A stretch of DNA of 64,000 nt. Source: Candidatus Bathyarchaeota archaeon (lineage in GTDB: Archaea; Thermoproteota; Bathyarchaeia; Bathyarchaeales; Bathycorpusculaceae). A model generated the notes under the pieces. It made no database searches, was not told the DNA's origin, and saw only the letters and a list, made by a program, of their open reading frames with translations. The translations under genes and the position numbers were made by a program. Below are positions 1 to 10,236 of the stretch, piece by piece (the stretch's first letter is position 1; each line of letters starts with the position of its first letter). The stretch spans positions 32,001-96,000 of the forward strand of contig CAWHVC010000005.1 of the NCBI GenBank assembly GCA_963832745.1, given 5' to 3'.

Positions 1-87
1 GCTGTATTGACACTTAGTGTTGACGCATCGTTAAGCGGAGTTACAAGCTTCAGCATTGACGTAACAATTGAAGGATCAGTAACGTAA
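1..87 (+). CDS. 3' end of a hypothetical protein (partial, runs in from window edge)
   Basis: Frame 1 is open from base 1 (AVLTLSVDASLSGVTSFSIDVTIEGSVT*) and converges on the next gene. Confidence 0.55.
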   Translation, partial: AVLTLSVDASLSGVTSFSIDVTIEGSVT

Positions 88-112
88 AAACAAACATATC
101 CTTTCTTATTTT

Positions 113-322
113 TTAAAAAACCTGCGCTACATGCATAACAACAGTTACAGCAAAAGCTAACCCACAACCTATAGCTATCCAACGCAGAAGATTCTTATCA
201 ATACTGAATTTCTCATCATATTCAGGCGAATAAGCTAACAGTTCAGAAGTAGCCAAGAGAATAATAGACATAGCAGCAAGCCACAAACTTAAGTCATACA
301 AAGACAAAGGAAAAACCATCAA
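113..322 (-). CDS. small 2-TM membrane protein
   Basis: 69 aa, two hydrophobic helices; 4-bp overlap with the upstream gene. Confidence 0.7.
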   Translation of the reverse strand: MMVFPLSLYDLSLWLAAMSIILLATSELLAYSPEYDEKFSIDKNLLRWIAIGCGLAFAVTVVMHVAQVF

Positions 323-1128
323 ACACTGCCTCTAACAAAATTAAAAACAACTTCAACACCAGCGCCATTAGGCCAAAACGTTTGCTCGCTAATAATCACC
401 GTTTTACCAGAAGATTTCGCTAATGCACAAGCAACCGCACTAATCACAGGGCAACCAAGCAAACTAACACTTTTCGGCATATCCTCAAGCCTATACAGGC
501 TCGCATATAAGACGCCAACCATGCTAAGACGCACAGTTGATTCGTCTATAACCTGTAAATCCATTTCTTTGGCTAAACTAAAAAACTCTGTCATGCTTCG
601 AGGTAAAATATTGCATAATTCTGCGGGAGGAATTGTTGAGAAGTCTATGTTTAGTTGGTTTTCAATTTGATGCAGTACACCGCTGCCGGGGGATGTTATG
701 AAAACGCCTCTGTCACGTTCAGATATGAATTTGCCGGAAGCTAACTCTTCAAGTGCGGGGAGTCCATTGAAGTTTTCGTCTGCAATGAAAACTATTGAGT
801 CTTTAAGGTTCTTGTAGTATTCGGGCAAGTAAGCGTTTTGTGGATATGAAGGAATGTAGTAACCATGCCCATTGAATTTTAAATCGTTAATCATTCGGTC
901 TAAAGTGGAGTAAACCGTGTTTGCTGTACTATCAAGAAGGTTGCTGTCCACGTATTTGCCAGGTTGAGCTAAAGAAAAAATGGCGCCCCACAAGACAAAG
1001 CCCAATCCAATGAAAGCAACTACCTGCCAAGTGTACAACACTGAAAACGCAAGCATCAACACGCCAACTACAAAAAAGCCTACAGCGAGTCCAGTAGAGG
1101 AACGTTTATTTTTAGAAACTTTTTTCAA
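319..1128 (-). CDS. conserved archaeal membrane protein (2 N-terminal TM + soluble domain)
   Basis: 269 aa; N-terminal TM pair; C-terminal GCPVISAVACALAK motif. Confidence 0.75.
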   Translation of the reverse strand: MKKVSKNKRSSTGLAVGFFVVGVLMLAFSVLYTWQVVAFIGLGFVLWGAIFSLAQPGKYVDSNLLDSTANTVYSTLDRMINDLKFNGHGYYIPSYPQNAYLPEYYKNLKDSIVFIADENFNGLPALEELASGKFISERDRGVFITSPGSGVLHQIENQLNIDFSTIPPAELCNILPRSMTEFFSLAKEMDLQVIDESTVRLSMVGVLYASLYRLEDMPKSVSLLGCPVISAVACALAKSSGKTVIISEQTFWPNGAGVEVVFNFVRGSV

Positions 1129-1187
1129 GAAAAAAACAACTCCAGTTTTTATAATAATTGAAAAATGTTGAAGAAGCTTTGGCTTCT

Positions 1188-2873
1188 TTAGTTCGATGGT
1201 TCGAGTTTTCCGGCGTAAATTTCTTTATTTTGGGGGCGTTCTTTGCAGATTTTGCGCATTATCAAAAATGGAATTTCCAAGAATTTTGAAAGTATACCTA
1301 ACCCTGAAGTCATTAATTTTAAGTTGTCAATGTCAACACGGTTTATTGCACCAATAAGGGGGGCACTAACAAGGTAAACTGTAAGAAAAATTAAGGCACC
1401 AACAACTAATAATATCCAGTAAGGTGCAGTGAAAACAGCCAAAAAAGCGTATGTTACAATAGAAGCGGTCAATGAAGCTGTAAAGATTTTGCCTGAACTT
1501 TTAAAGTCTGCTTTGGCATGATAGTTTTTCCATAACCAGATTAAACCCCAAACCATTCCTGGAATAGTTGAAACCATTACTGCAATTATGCCGCCGATTA
1601 CTACAAGAAATTCTCCACCATAATTTCCAAGGTAGGTAATTATGAAGAAAGAGAAGGGCAAGCTTATTACAAGGGAAAGTATGCTTTGCTTCATTATCTG
1701 TTTCGTTTTACCTATTCCAGTCTGGAAAGTTGCTAAGCTGACGTTGCCGAAAAGCACAAACAAGTTAACAATAGAAGAAGCAGCAAGATACAGTGGTGCA
1801 TAAGGAAATTTTGGTTCAGCACCAATAACAAATAGTGATTGCAATATGCCATCTTGGGGGAAAAGAGTGTTAACGAGTGGCGTTGCGAGAGTTATGAGCA
1901 GCATTGTTGTGGGCACAAGAAAAATTGCCGTGTACTTAACAGATGAAGCAAAGACGGTTTTTACAAGCTCAGGTTCATTTTCAGGTTTTAATTTAGCGAA
2001 AGCAGGAAATAACGCGGTTGAAATTGGGAAGCTAATGAACGTAACAATGACAGAGAAGTATGTGGCTGCGTAATAGTTTCCCATTATACTGTTGCTTGCA
2101 TACAGCGCCATGAAAAAGGCGAAAATCTGAGGCAATACACCAACCACAATGTTTGACAGCGTTAAGGGTATACCGTATTTTAGCATAGGAGTTAAGGTGT
2201 GTTTGACATTGCATTTCTCAACTTTTGACTTGTGAAGAGGTCTAAACAATACAAAGTAAACAAGCAAAATACCGGCTAAACCGCCCACAGCAACAGAAAC
2301 AATCGTACCAACGACAGCACCAAAAACGCTGAATCCTAAGAAAACCAGCAGGGGACCAAGCGCGGTTTTAATTATAGCTTGAAGGACTTGTGCGAAGCTG
2401 TTAAGCTTCATTTTTTCGAAGCCTACAAAGATGGACGAGGAAGCGGAAACTATTGCGCTTGCAAAAATAGAAATTGACATTAAAGCGATTAAAGGCGAGG
2501 CTTCCGGACGATTAAGAATTATCGCCAAAGGTTGAGCTATCGCAAAACAAGCCAATGAAAGCAGCAAGCCGCTTATGATTTCAAAAATTAATCCTGAAAG
2601 AACAACATCATGTATTTCGTCGTTTTTGTTGCTTGCTCTTAAGCTGGCGATTTGCTGGGTCATCGCTGAGTTAACGCCTAAGTCCCTGAAGAAGGCGATT
2701 GTGGTTGATGGAATCAAAACTATACCGTACAAGCCAAGTTCTGAATCACTCAATAGTCCAGCCAGAATCAGGGTGCCTAAAGCCATTATTACGGTGGAGG
2801 CTACGAGCCCAATTAAGAGGAAAAAGCTTCCAGTTGTTGATGATTTACCCATCTGTAAAGCTTTATCTTCCAT
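1188..2873 (-). CDS. oligosaccharide flippase (Wzx/MOP family)
   Basis: 561 aa, about 14 TM; LGLYG, DLGVNSA, MGNYYAA motifs; inside a glycosylation locus. Confidence 0.88.
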   Translation of the reverse strand: MEDKALQMGKSSTTGSFFLLIGLVASTVIMALGTLILAGLLSDSELGLYGIVLIPSTTIAFFRDLGVNSAMTQQIASLRASNKNDEIHDVVLSGLIFEIISGLLLSLACFAIAQPLAIILNRPEASPLIALMSISIFASAIVSASSSIFVGFEKMKLNSFAQVLQAIIKTALGPLLVFLGFSVFGAVVGTIVSVAVGGLAGILLVYFVLFRPLHKSKVEKCNVKHTLTPMLKYGIPLTLSNIVVGVLPQIFAFFMALYASNSIMGNYYAATYFSVIVTFISFPISTALFPAFAKLKPENEPELVKTVFASSVKYTAIFLVPTTMLLITLATPLVNTLFPQDGILQSLFVIGAEPKFPYAPLYLAASSIVNLFVLFGNVSLATFQTGIGKTKQIMKQSILSLVISLPFSFFIITYLGNYGGEFLVVIGGIIAVMVSTIPGMVWGLIWLWKNYHAKADFKSSGKIFTASLTASIVTYAFLAVFTAPYWILLVVGALIFLTVYLVSAPLIGAINRVDIDNLKLMTSGLGILSKFLEIPFLIMRKICKERPQNKEIYAGKLEPSN

Positions 2874-2896
2874 TCCGACCCAGCGACCTTAACTGC

Positions 2897-3883
2897 CTAC
2901 TTTAGATTGATGGTGTTTTTATAGGCTTTGGAAATCGCTTCTAAATCACGCAAACCATCCAATCCAGTAGAAACGGGAACTTTGTCATCTACAATGCAGT
3001 CAACGAAATGTTGTAGCTCGGTAAGGTGGGGCACAAAAAAGTTGGATATGCCTTTTGTTAGCATTTGGTACGCTGTATCGATTTGGCTGGGCGGCATGTG
3101 GGTCGCTGAAACGTTTTTGACGCTGCCAAGCAAGTCAACTCGTAACAGGTACTCTTGAGAAAACCAGCCCACGTTAATCAGGGAAGTGGTGCCTGAACTA
3201 AATTTTGCAAGGCACATTGCAGAGTCTTCAAAACTCATGTTAAACCTGTATCCGAAATGCGATTTTATGTCCACGATTTCCCCGAAGAACCAACGCATCA
3301 AATTAATTACGTGACAACCCAAATCGATTAGGACGCCGCCGCCTGTGCTTTGAGTGTTAAACCACCATTCAGGAACAGGAACAGGCGAATACCCTTCAGC
3401 ACGGTGAAAAAAGGGGCCTGAACTGATGTAGGTGGCGTGTGCGTTTTCGACGTCGCCGATTAAACCGTTATCATAATCAGCCTTTAACGCCTCGAAGGTT
3501 TTGTTGAAACGTAAGGGGTAACCCATCATGAGTTTAACATTGTTTTTTTGGGCTAAACCAATTATTTCTTCAGCCTCGGCTATGTTAGTTGCGATAGGTT
3601 TTTCAAGAAAAACAGCTTTTCCTGCTTCAGCGGCTTCCTGCGTACATTTTAGGTGTAAATGTGTCGGCAAAGAAATCAGGACAGCCTCCACTTCAGGGTC
3701 TTTAAGCAAGTCAATATAGTTGTCATAGGTTTTTTTGACGCCGTAACTTTTGGCCTGCTCTAAAGCTTTAGGCGACACATCAGCCGCAGCTACAACTTCA
3801 GCGTTGGTCAACTTTAAACTGTGTCGTAAATGAACCATGCCAATGTAGCCTAATCCGATTATGCCAAGTTTAACATTCTTCAA
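2897..3883 (-). CDS. Gfo/Idh/MocA family oxidoreductase
   Basis: GIIGLGYIG Rossmann motif, LEKP, GGGVLIDLGCH. Confidence 0.92.
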   Translation of the reverse strand: MKNVKLGIIGLGYIGMVHLRHSLKLTNAEVVAAADVSPKALEQAKSYGVKKTYDNYIDLLKDPEVEAVLISLPTHLHLKCTQEAAEAGKAVFLEKPIATNIAEAEEIIGLAQKNNVKLMMGYPLRFNKTFEALKADYDNGLIGDVENAHATYISSGPFFHRAEGYSPVPVPEWWFNTQSTGGGVLIDLGCHVINLMRWFFGEIVDIKSHFGYRFNMSFEDSAMCLAKFSSGTTSLINVGWFSQEYLLRVDLLGSVKNVSATHMPPSQIDTAYQMLTKGISNFFVPHLTELQHFVDCIVDDKVPVSTGLDGLRDLEAISKAYKNTINLK

Positions 3884-3902
3884 AAAGTCATGTCTCCTAT
3901 TC

Positions 3903-4805
3903 TTACTCTAAACCAAGCCGCCGTCCAAGCCCAACCTGTAACACCATCTTGTAAGCTCGCCCCATCACTTTACGCCGAACCGTCTTCTTTGGATACAAAG
4001 CCTTAAACTGCTCTAAAGGGGCACCACGTTCGATAAACCACTTGTTGCCAACGCCTTCCGTTTCAGCTAAACGCAAATAAGGAATGCCTTGAGGATTTAA
4101 CCAGGCGATTTGGGCAGCGGCAACATCAATAGCTACAGGGTCAGTACTTGCCATCATTAACCCTATACGACGCGGCTGAATCCCCGATGCAATGTTACTG
4201 TCTATGATGACGAGGTCAAACGGCATTGCTTTGTTTAAAGCCACAATCACGTTTCCAAGATCATTATGAAGCTTATACTTTTTAGGGTAAGGGTTACAGC
4301 CGTAAAGGTTTTTGAGAGCACAAGTTATTTTGATTGGGTCAACAGTATACTTGATTTTGGGCAAGTTAATTCTTAAGTCGGCTTCTTTGAGGATTTTTGG
4401 AACCATAAACTTGTAGGGTTTGCCATTGCATGACACTTCAGCCTCATCGCTTGGTTCTTCCGACAGGTTGATTAACTTGACATTTTTTTCTAAAGCAAGC
4501 TTTTCAAAACCCAGCATGCGAAAAGCATACTTGCAACGCATAGCTGACGCGTCCGACTCCACAACCGAAATGTCAACATCCGCAGAGACTTGTTCACGCA
4601 GAAAATCTATCAATTCGCCTACGAATCGGGGGTCGGATGTTTGTCCAGTGGTGCTGTCCCAGTAGTAGCACAGGTTGGGTTTTATAACGATTTTTTTGGT
4701 TGACTTGTCAAACTTATAGTCTATAAGGTTCAGGGCTTCACCTATTGCCTGTTTTAGAGAGCTTTGATTGGTGTTTTGGATTTTAGTTAAACCAACTATA
4801 CTCAT
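3903..4805 (-). CDS. DUF362 domain protein
   Basis: IVIKPN, NLPKIK, ALKNLYG, DPVAID motifs; ATG 4805 preferred to track start 4862. Confidence 0.85.
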   Translation of the reverse strand: MSIVGLTKIQNTNQSSLKQAIGEALNLIDYKFDKSTKKIVIKPNLCYYWDSTTGQTSDPRFVGELIDFLREQVSADVDISVVESDASAMRCKYAFRMLGFEKLALEKNVKLINLSEEPSDEAEVSCNGKPYKFMVPKILKEADLRINLPKIKYTVDPIKITCALKNLYGCNPYPKKYKLHNDLGNVIVALNKAMPFDLVIIDSNIASGIQPRRIGLMMASTDPVAIDVAAAQIAWLNPQGIPYLRLAETEGVGNKWFIERGAPLEQFKALYPKKTVRRKVMGRAYKMVLQVGLGRRLGLE

Positions 4806-4839
4806 AAAATCAGTTCCTTTAAAATCGACGTAAACTGAG

Positions 4840-5796
4840 TTACTTGTAGGTTCTAACCTCAAAAAGCGAGCTAACCTTCATGTATAAACGCAAAAGGTTC
4901 CCGCCGACAAACCCTTTCGCGTCACCCAAAACATACGCTAAATACAAAATGGCTTCTTTGTCGGCAAAATTTGATTTTAAAGCCTTCAAATAGTAATGTC
5001 TAGCCAAATCATCAATACCTAAAGAAGAGTAAGCATTTCCAATTTTCATGTACAAGTTGCCTTTCAGGTTTCTTGACAGGTTACTGCCGTATTTTTGCAG
5101 AAAATACTCTCTCAACGCTATACGATCTTTAAGCCAATTTGGCTCGTCTTTAACTATGCTGTTATCGCCATGTATGCGGTATTTTGCTAGAGGCTCAGAA
5201 ATGAAGTAGAAGTCGTGTTCAAACGCTAAATCAACCATGAAACGGTAATCACTTAAGTATTTGAGGTCTACTGCAAAATGATTTTTCAAGTGCTCCTTTC
5301 TAAACATGAGGCTTTGTCCAAAAATATAGTTGTCGTCAAGTATTTCGCGGAAGATATTGCCGGTCTTTCGTTTTTTGCTTGCAACATGCAATTCGGTGAA
5401 AGTTTTTCCTGTTGATTTTCCGTTGCTATCGATAATTTCTCCTTCCGACCAAACAAGCAAGTCAGGGTGGTTTTGAAGGATTTTTAGTTGCCTTTCAAGT
5501 TTATTGTTTACCCAAAGGTCATCTGAACCGATGAATGTGATGTATTGCCCGCTGGCATTGTTTAGACACTGGTTTGCTGTTGGCGCGATACCCATGTTTT
5601 TTTTGTGAAAAAAAGTTTTTACTCGAGAATCCTTTTGCTGGTAGCTTTTGATTATTTGCGGCGTGGCATCACTTGAGGCGTCGTCTACAATTATCAATTC
5701 AAGATCAGGCATAGTTTGACTAAGCACGCTTTCAATGGCTTCTGCAATGTAGCGTTCATGATTGTAGGCACCCATTACTACGCTGACTAGAACCAT
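4840..5796 (-). CDS. glycosyltransferase family 2
   Basis: VSVVMGAYN, IVDDASSD, GSDD; ATG 5796 preferred (track 5823). Confidence 0.92.
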   Translation of the reverse strand: MVLVSVVMGAYNHERYIAEAIESVLSQTMPDLELIIVDDASSDATPQIIKSYQQKDSRVKTFFHKKNMGIAPTANQCLNNASGQYITFIGSDDLWVNNKLERQLKILQNHPDLLVWSEGEIIDSNGKSTGKTFTELHVASKKRKTGNIFREILDDNYIFGQSLMFRKEHLKNHFAVDLKYLSDYRFMVDLAFEHDFYFISEPLAKYRIHGDNSIVKDEPNWLKDRIALREYFLQKYGSNLSRNLKGNLYMKIGNAYSSLGIDDLARHYYLKALKSNFADKEAILYLAYVLGDAKGFVGGNLLRLYMKVSSLFEVRTYK

Positions 5797-5819
5797 TAAA
5801 CGTACCTTCAAATCCACCT

Positions 5820-6788
5820 TCACAAACAGATTTCATATTGGTCATACATTACCGAGTTTGCACCAAAAGTTTCCTTTCTCGCAATCAAACCCTCATTGAG
5901 CACTTGCCCAGAGTTTTCGGTTGAAATCCCAAAATCATAATACATTTTGTCCTTGTAGTAAGTGTTAATCAAGTAGGCCTCGATGATGTCTTGCGCGCCA
6001 AGATTCATGCCTTCCTTTGAGTTAGCAGCATACTGCACGTGGGCAACATTTTTGCTTTCATAAATAAGCAAACCCGAAAGCATCCTTTCCCCATTGAAGG
6101 ACCCAAAAAGTTTGATGTTACCGGGGAACCTGCTGGCTAAAAGCTTCATTTCCTCGGTTGTATGCACCGGTTTTACGTTATGGCGCTCACCTAAGGTTTC
6201 TTTAAGCAACTGCATGAAAGAACCCAAATCATTCGTCTGCTTAACCACAAGTCCACTCTTGAGTGCTTTGCTGATGTTGTATTTTCTGCCGTCGCTGAAC
6301 GCGTGACTGCAAGGTAAATAGATACATGATGAAGCGTTTCGGGCGACGAGTTTGGCGTTGTAACGGAAAAGGGCGTAAAGGTCCTCGCTTGCTGGAACAG
6401 AATGATAAATGTACGGGATAGCTTTGTAAAAAATTGATTTAATCCCCAAACTGCGGCAGTAACCGGTTAAGGCTTCAAAAATTTTCAGCATCGCCAGGGT
6501 TTTTGTGCTGTGACCGACGATTACGCCGCCGAAGGTTAAGCCGCCATGACTCTGCAAAGCGTTATCTTTAATGTTTGCTGGAAAAAGTCCTGCAAGTTGG
6601 TTTTTTCGGTAAAACATTAATGAGTGGTCTTTGAAGCGGTCGGAATGGTATTCCATGTAGTTGCGGTGAAAAAGGAAAACGCCGTTTCTGGATGCGTCAA
6701 CGTAATTATCCCATTCTTGCTGATGCCCGGTCGTGTAGGGAACAATCTTGACGGGTTCAGCAGTGTTTAACGCCATTTTCCCCACCAA
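5820..6788 (-). CDS. GNAT/FemAB-like acyltransferase
   Basis: FLFHRNYMEYH, SHGGLTFGG, YYDFGIS motifs typical of glycan-locus GNAT proteins. Confidence 0.8.
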   Translation of the reverse strand: MVGKMALNTAEPVKIVPYTTGHQQEWDNYVDASRNGVFLFHRNYMEYHSDRFKDHSLMFYRKNQLAGLFPANIKDNALQSHGGLTFGGVIVGHSTKTLAMLKIFEALTGYCRSLGIKSIFYKAIPYIYHSVPASEDLYALFRYNAKLVARNASSCIYLPCSHAFSDGRKYNISKALKSGLVVKQTNDLGSFMQLLKETLGERHNVKPVHTTEEMKLLASRFPGNIKLFGSFNGERMLSGLLIYESKNVAHVQYAANSKEGMNLGAQDIIEAYLINTYYKDKMYYDFGISTENSGQVLNEGLIARKETFGANSVMYDQYEICL

Positions 6789-6794
6789 AACAGG

Positions 6795-7478
6795 CTATAC
6801 CATTCTGTTGATGAAAGATTCAACACCTCTATCCGACAATGGTTTAGCAGGGTTGCCGGCGTAAATTTTTCCTGACTCCGTGTCAGCGATAACTACTGCG
6901 CCAGCGCCAATTACAGTGTCTTTTGCGATGCTTACATGGTCAATTATACAGCTGTTTACTCCCAAAAAACAGTTCTCACCAACGTTGCAAAAACCTGAAA
7001 CGGCGACTTGAGAAGCAACAAAACAGTTTGCTCCAACAACCGAATGATGAGCAATGGAACTGCCAGTCCAAATGGTGACGTTATCGCAGATTTTTGTTGC
7101 TCTTTGGATAGCAACATTTTCAAATATGAAACAGTTTTCGCCGATTTGGACGCCTTTTCCGAGGAAGGCTTTCGGGCTAATGTAAGAGCAAGTCTTGAAC
7201 CTTTTCAATTTGGCAGTTTCAAGCAGTCGAGCTCTGACACGGTTTAGTCCCGTGAAGGATACCGCTACAAAAACCCGAAAGTCATCTGGGTCAAAAGCCT
7301 TCTCCAATTCCTCAAAAGGTACAACAGGTAAGCCAAAAAGCGTCTTGTTTTTCATGAATTGTTTTTCGGCACTAAAAGCTACTACTTCAAAACTGGTGTC
7401 TTGGGTGAAGTATTCGTAAGCTATTTCGCCTGTTTCGCCGTCGCCGATAATTACCAGTTTCTGTTTATTTGACGACAT
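6795..7478 (-). CDS. hexapeptide-repeat sugar acetyltransferase (PglD/NeuD-like)
   Basis: N-terminal IIGDG domain, LbH repeats, GAGAVV and GNPA; ATG 7478 overlaps the upstream gene end. Confidence 0.88.
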   Translation of the reverse strand: MSSNKQKLVIIGDGETGEIAYEYFTQDTSFEVVAFSAEKQFMKNKTLFGLPVVPFEELEKAFDPDDFRVFVAVSFTGLNRVRARLLETAKLKRFKTCSYISPKAFLGKGVQIGENCFIFENVAIQRATKICDNVTIWTGSSIAHHSVVGANCFVASQVAVSGFCNVGENCFLGVNSCIIDHVSIAKDTVIGAGAVVIADTESGKIYAGNPAKPLSDRGVESFINRMV

Positions 7479-7905
7479 TGCTAACGAGACCCTTCTTGAA
7501 AACCTCATAATCCCTAATGTAATCAGATTCGTCATAGACTGCAGAGACAAGCGATAAAGCAACAGAGTTGGAAGAAAAATTTTCCAGTTCCCGCCAAACC
7601 CCCGGTGGAATATATAAACCATAATGGGGCCTGTTCAAAAAGAAAGAACGTTTTGTTAAACCATCATCCAGCATGACGTCAAAGCTACCGCTTAACGCAA
7701 TGATAATCTGTTGCAGCGCTTTATGGGCATGTCCACCGCGTGTGGCGCCGCTTGGCACATCATAAAGGTAGTAGACGCGTTTTATTTGGAAAGGGATTTG
7801 GTTGTTTTCTTCGATAAAAGATAAGTTGCCGCGAAAATCGGCAATTTTTGGAAAATAAATTAGTTTACAATCATCTAAAACCAAAAATTCACCACCAAAA
7901 AGCAA
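7465..7905 (-). CDS. fdtA: sugar 3,4-ketoisomerase (FdtA/QdtA cupin)
   Basis: DFRGNLSFIE, KRVYYLYDVP, RGGHAH, DYIRDY. Confidence 0.9.
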   Translation of the reverse strand: MLFGGEFLVLDDCKLIYFPKIADFRGNLSFIEENNQIPFQIKRVYYLYDVPSGATRGGHAHKALQQIIIALSGSFDVMLDDGLTKRSFFLNRPHYGLYIPPGVWRELENFSSNSVALSLVSAVYDESDYIRDYEVFKKGLVSNVVK

Positions 7906-7917
7906 AAATTTTCTAAA

Positions 7918-9002
7918 TTAGGTTTCAAGGAGCGTTGATTCGTATTTTTGTGTTTCAAACGCGAATCTGCTAATACTTAACTTGGATGGAACCAAATACA
8001 GGGGCAAAGGAAGCTGTATCCTGACAAACCGTTCCTGCAGTTGCCTTGGCGCAATTTTCTTTTTTGCCCAATGACTCAATCGGTTAAGCCATAGGTACCG
8101 AAAATTTTTCAAACCCCAACCTAAAGCGGAAACATTAGCAAAAATAACTGGCAAGTTACGTTTTTTAAGGAAAAAAAGCGAGTTAACCATAATCGAAAAA
8201 AGGTTAACAAACAAACCTCTAGCAAGGTCACCTATGGGGTAGTAAACGTCGAACATTAGGCAGATTTTGGCTTTAAGCAGGTTGTAGGTTGTGCGTTTGA
8301 GGTTCCAAACGTTTGTTGCACCTTGAATGTGACGAATTTTGCTGCCAGAAACAGTGACAACTCGTTTGTTTGCAAGCCAAACTTTAAAAGACAATAAGGT
8401 ATCGTCGTAAAAAAAAGGGATTTCTGGGTCAAACAAGCCAATCTCGTCAATTAGGCTTCGACGTGTAATCATTGATGCCCCTGACGCGACGGAAACCTCA
8501 AAAACCGGATGCATCTTTAAACCGCTGGTCTTGTTTTCAGCCAACCCATGCTTCTGCACCAAATAGTTACTGTACAGCCAACCAGCGGTTTGGATTTTTT
8601 GGCCGTCAATCATTAAAATTGTGCTTTGCGCCAACCCTATTGAGTCGTCGGTTTGCATGGCGTTTACGAGTTGTGTTAGCCATTGGGAGTCAACGATGGT
8701 ATCATTGTTAAGGAAGACTATGTAGTCGCCTTTTGCGTGCGTGAAGCCAAGGTTATTTCCACCACTAAAGCCCAAGTTTATGTTGCTTTGAATTAAACGT
8801 AACCGTGGTTCACCGTCGAAGGTTTCCAGGGCATTCTTTACGCTCAAATCCGTCGACGCGTTATCAACAAGGAGAACTTCGAAGTTGGGGTAACTGTTCT
8901 TTAGAACCGACGCTATGCAGTTGTCAAGGTAGCTTTGACCGTTGTAGTTTAGAATTATGACGGAAACAAGTGGTGTGGGTTCGACCGTTTTTGGTTCACC
9001 AA
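7918..9002 (-). CDS. glycosyltransferase family 2 (true N-terminus upstream of track start; probable 1-nt indel near 8990)
   Basis: Frame stays open to 9003, encoding PLVSVIILNYNG...VDNASTD; NLGFSGGNN and FLNNDT motifs. Confidence 0.85.
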
Positions 9003-9063
9003 CCTATTTGCTGCCTATTTGAATCCTATTAGAAATAGTATGCAGAAACCTATAGGGGTAGGT
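8999..9063. repeat. dispersed 60-70 bp periodic palindromic element, copy 1
   Basis: ccaacctatttg...tatgcagaaacctataggggtaggt aligns with the reverse complement of 19261-19329 and with 53381-53441. Confidence 0.75.
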
Positions 9064-9161
9064 AAAAACCAAGAAAGACAGAGCTAATAGCACAAAAACA
9101 AGCCAGTAACATATTAAAAATTAAAATGACAAAAACACGGTTTGTTCTCAAAAGCGCTGTT

Positions 9162-10214
9162 TTACTTGCTTACATTGCCTTTAGAGGCTTTTTGGAATCT
9201 TTTCAGGTCAACTATCGGCGAATAAGGCACGTTAACGGCTTTGCAGATTACCCATTTTGCCCCGATAATGTTTCCAAGAAATATTCCTTCAACCTTTCGC
9301 AGATAATATTTCGAGTTTTCTTTCATATGCTTAAGACTGTGAGCAACGCGGACCAAGTCGGAGACCAGTTTGCTTATCAACGAAAATTCGGGTTCAGACC
9401 CATACAAGCGGTAAAAGAGCATTTCAGCCTCCACAGCCCACAACAAATCAGTGCGTGGATTCAAGAAATCGCGGCTGGAAGTTCGCCCATGCACTATATG
9501 GTAGACTTTAACTTTGGGACTGTAAACCATGCCATAACCTTGTTTCCAGATTTGCCAGCCCAGAACCATTTCCCAAGCGCAACCTAAAATCCACTCCGAC
9601 GGTAAACCTAAGCCTCGAAGCACGTTACCGTTTATCGCCATTGAAGGACCTCGGAGCAGAGCTTTAGCTGAGCCATGTTTACGTGAGTAAGCATTATTTC
9701 CCCGTTCATAAACGACCCCGGAATTGGCGATTGAATTTTTGAAGTCTTCAAGCCCACGCAATGGTCGTCCCCACAATGCGAACTCGTAATGAGAAAGAAC
9801 ACATGGAATCTCAGCTTCCTTAAGAATGTGTAGTTTGCCGCCGTTTATTATTACAGGAAACTGGTCACCTGTTACTCCTACAACATTTGAGTCTTGTTGA
9901 AATGATTTTACCGTTTCCATAAGCCAATCTTCAGCTGGAATGGCATCATCATCAAGAAAAGCTACAATATCGCCGGTTGATTTTTTGGCGCCTAGAAAGT
10001 ATGCGTCAACTATGTGTCCAGTTTGCTGGGTTAAAACTGTTATTTTTAGGCTGCTTGAGGCTTGTTTTAAGAGTTCTTCGGTGCCGTCGCCTGAGGGTTT
10101 GACAACCATTATTACGTCAAAATCTTTGAATGACTGGCTTTTCAGCGCTGAAAGCATCATTGGTAAGACGTGAGCTCTTTTGTATGTGGGAATAACAACC
10201 GATACTTTGGTCAT
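9162..10214 (-). CDS. glycosyltransferase family 2
   Basis: VSVVIPTYKR, AFLDDD. Confidence 0.9.
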   Translation of the reverse strand: MTKVSVVIPTYKRAHVLPMMLSALKSQSFKDFDVIMVVKPSGDGTEELLKQASSSLKITVLTQQTGHIVDAYFLGAKKSTGDIVAFLDDDAIPAEDWLMETVKSFQQDSNVVGVTGDQFPVIINGGKLHILKEAEIPCVLSHYEFALWGRPLRGLEDFKNSIANSGVVYERGNNAYSRKHGSAKALLRGPSMAINGNVLRGLGLPSEWILGCAWEMVLGWQIWKQGYGMVYSPKVKVYHIVHGRTSSRDFLNPRTDLLWAVEAEMLFYRLYGSEPEFSLISKLVSDLVRVAHSLKHMKENSKYYLRKVEGIFLGNIIGAKWVICKAVNVPYSPIVDLKRFQKASKGNVSK

Positions 10215-10236
10215 GACAATTAATCCTTAAGCGCCG

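Noticed and set aside
9126-9587. 153-aa + strand ORF and other antisense track ORFs in the glycan locus (e.g. 16587-17057, 23525-23917)
   Set aside because: They overlap well-supported minus-strand genes and have no motifs.
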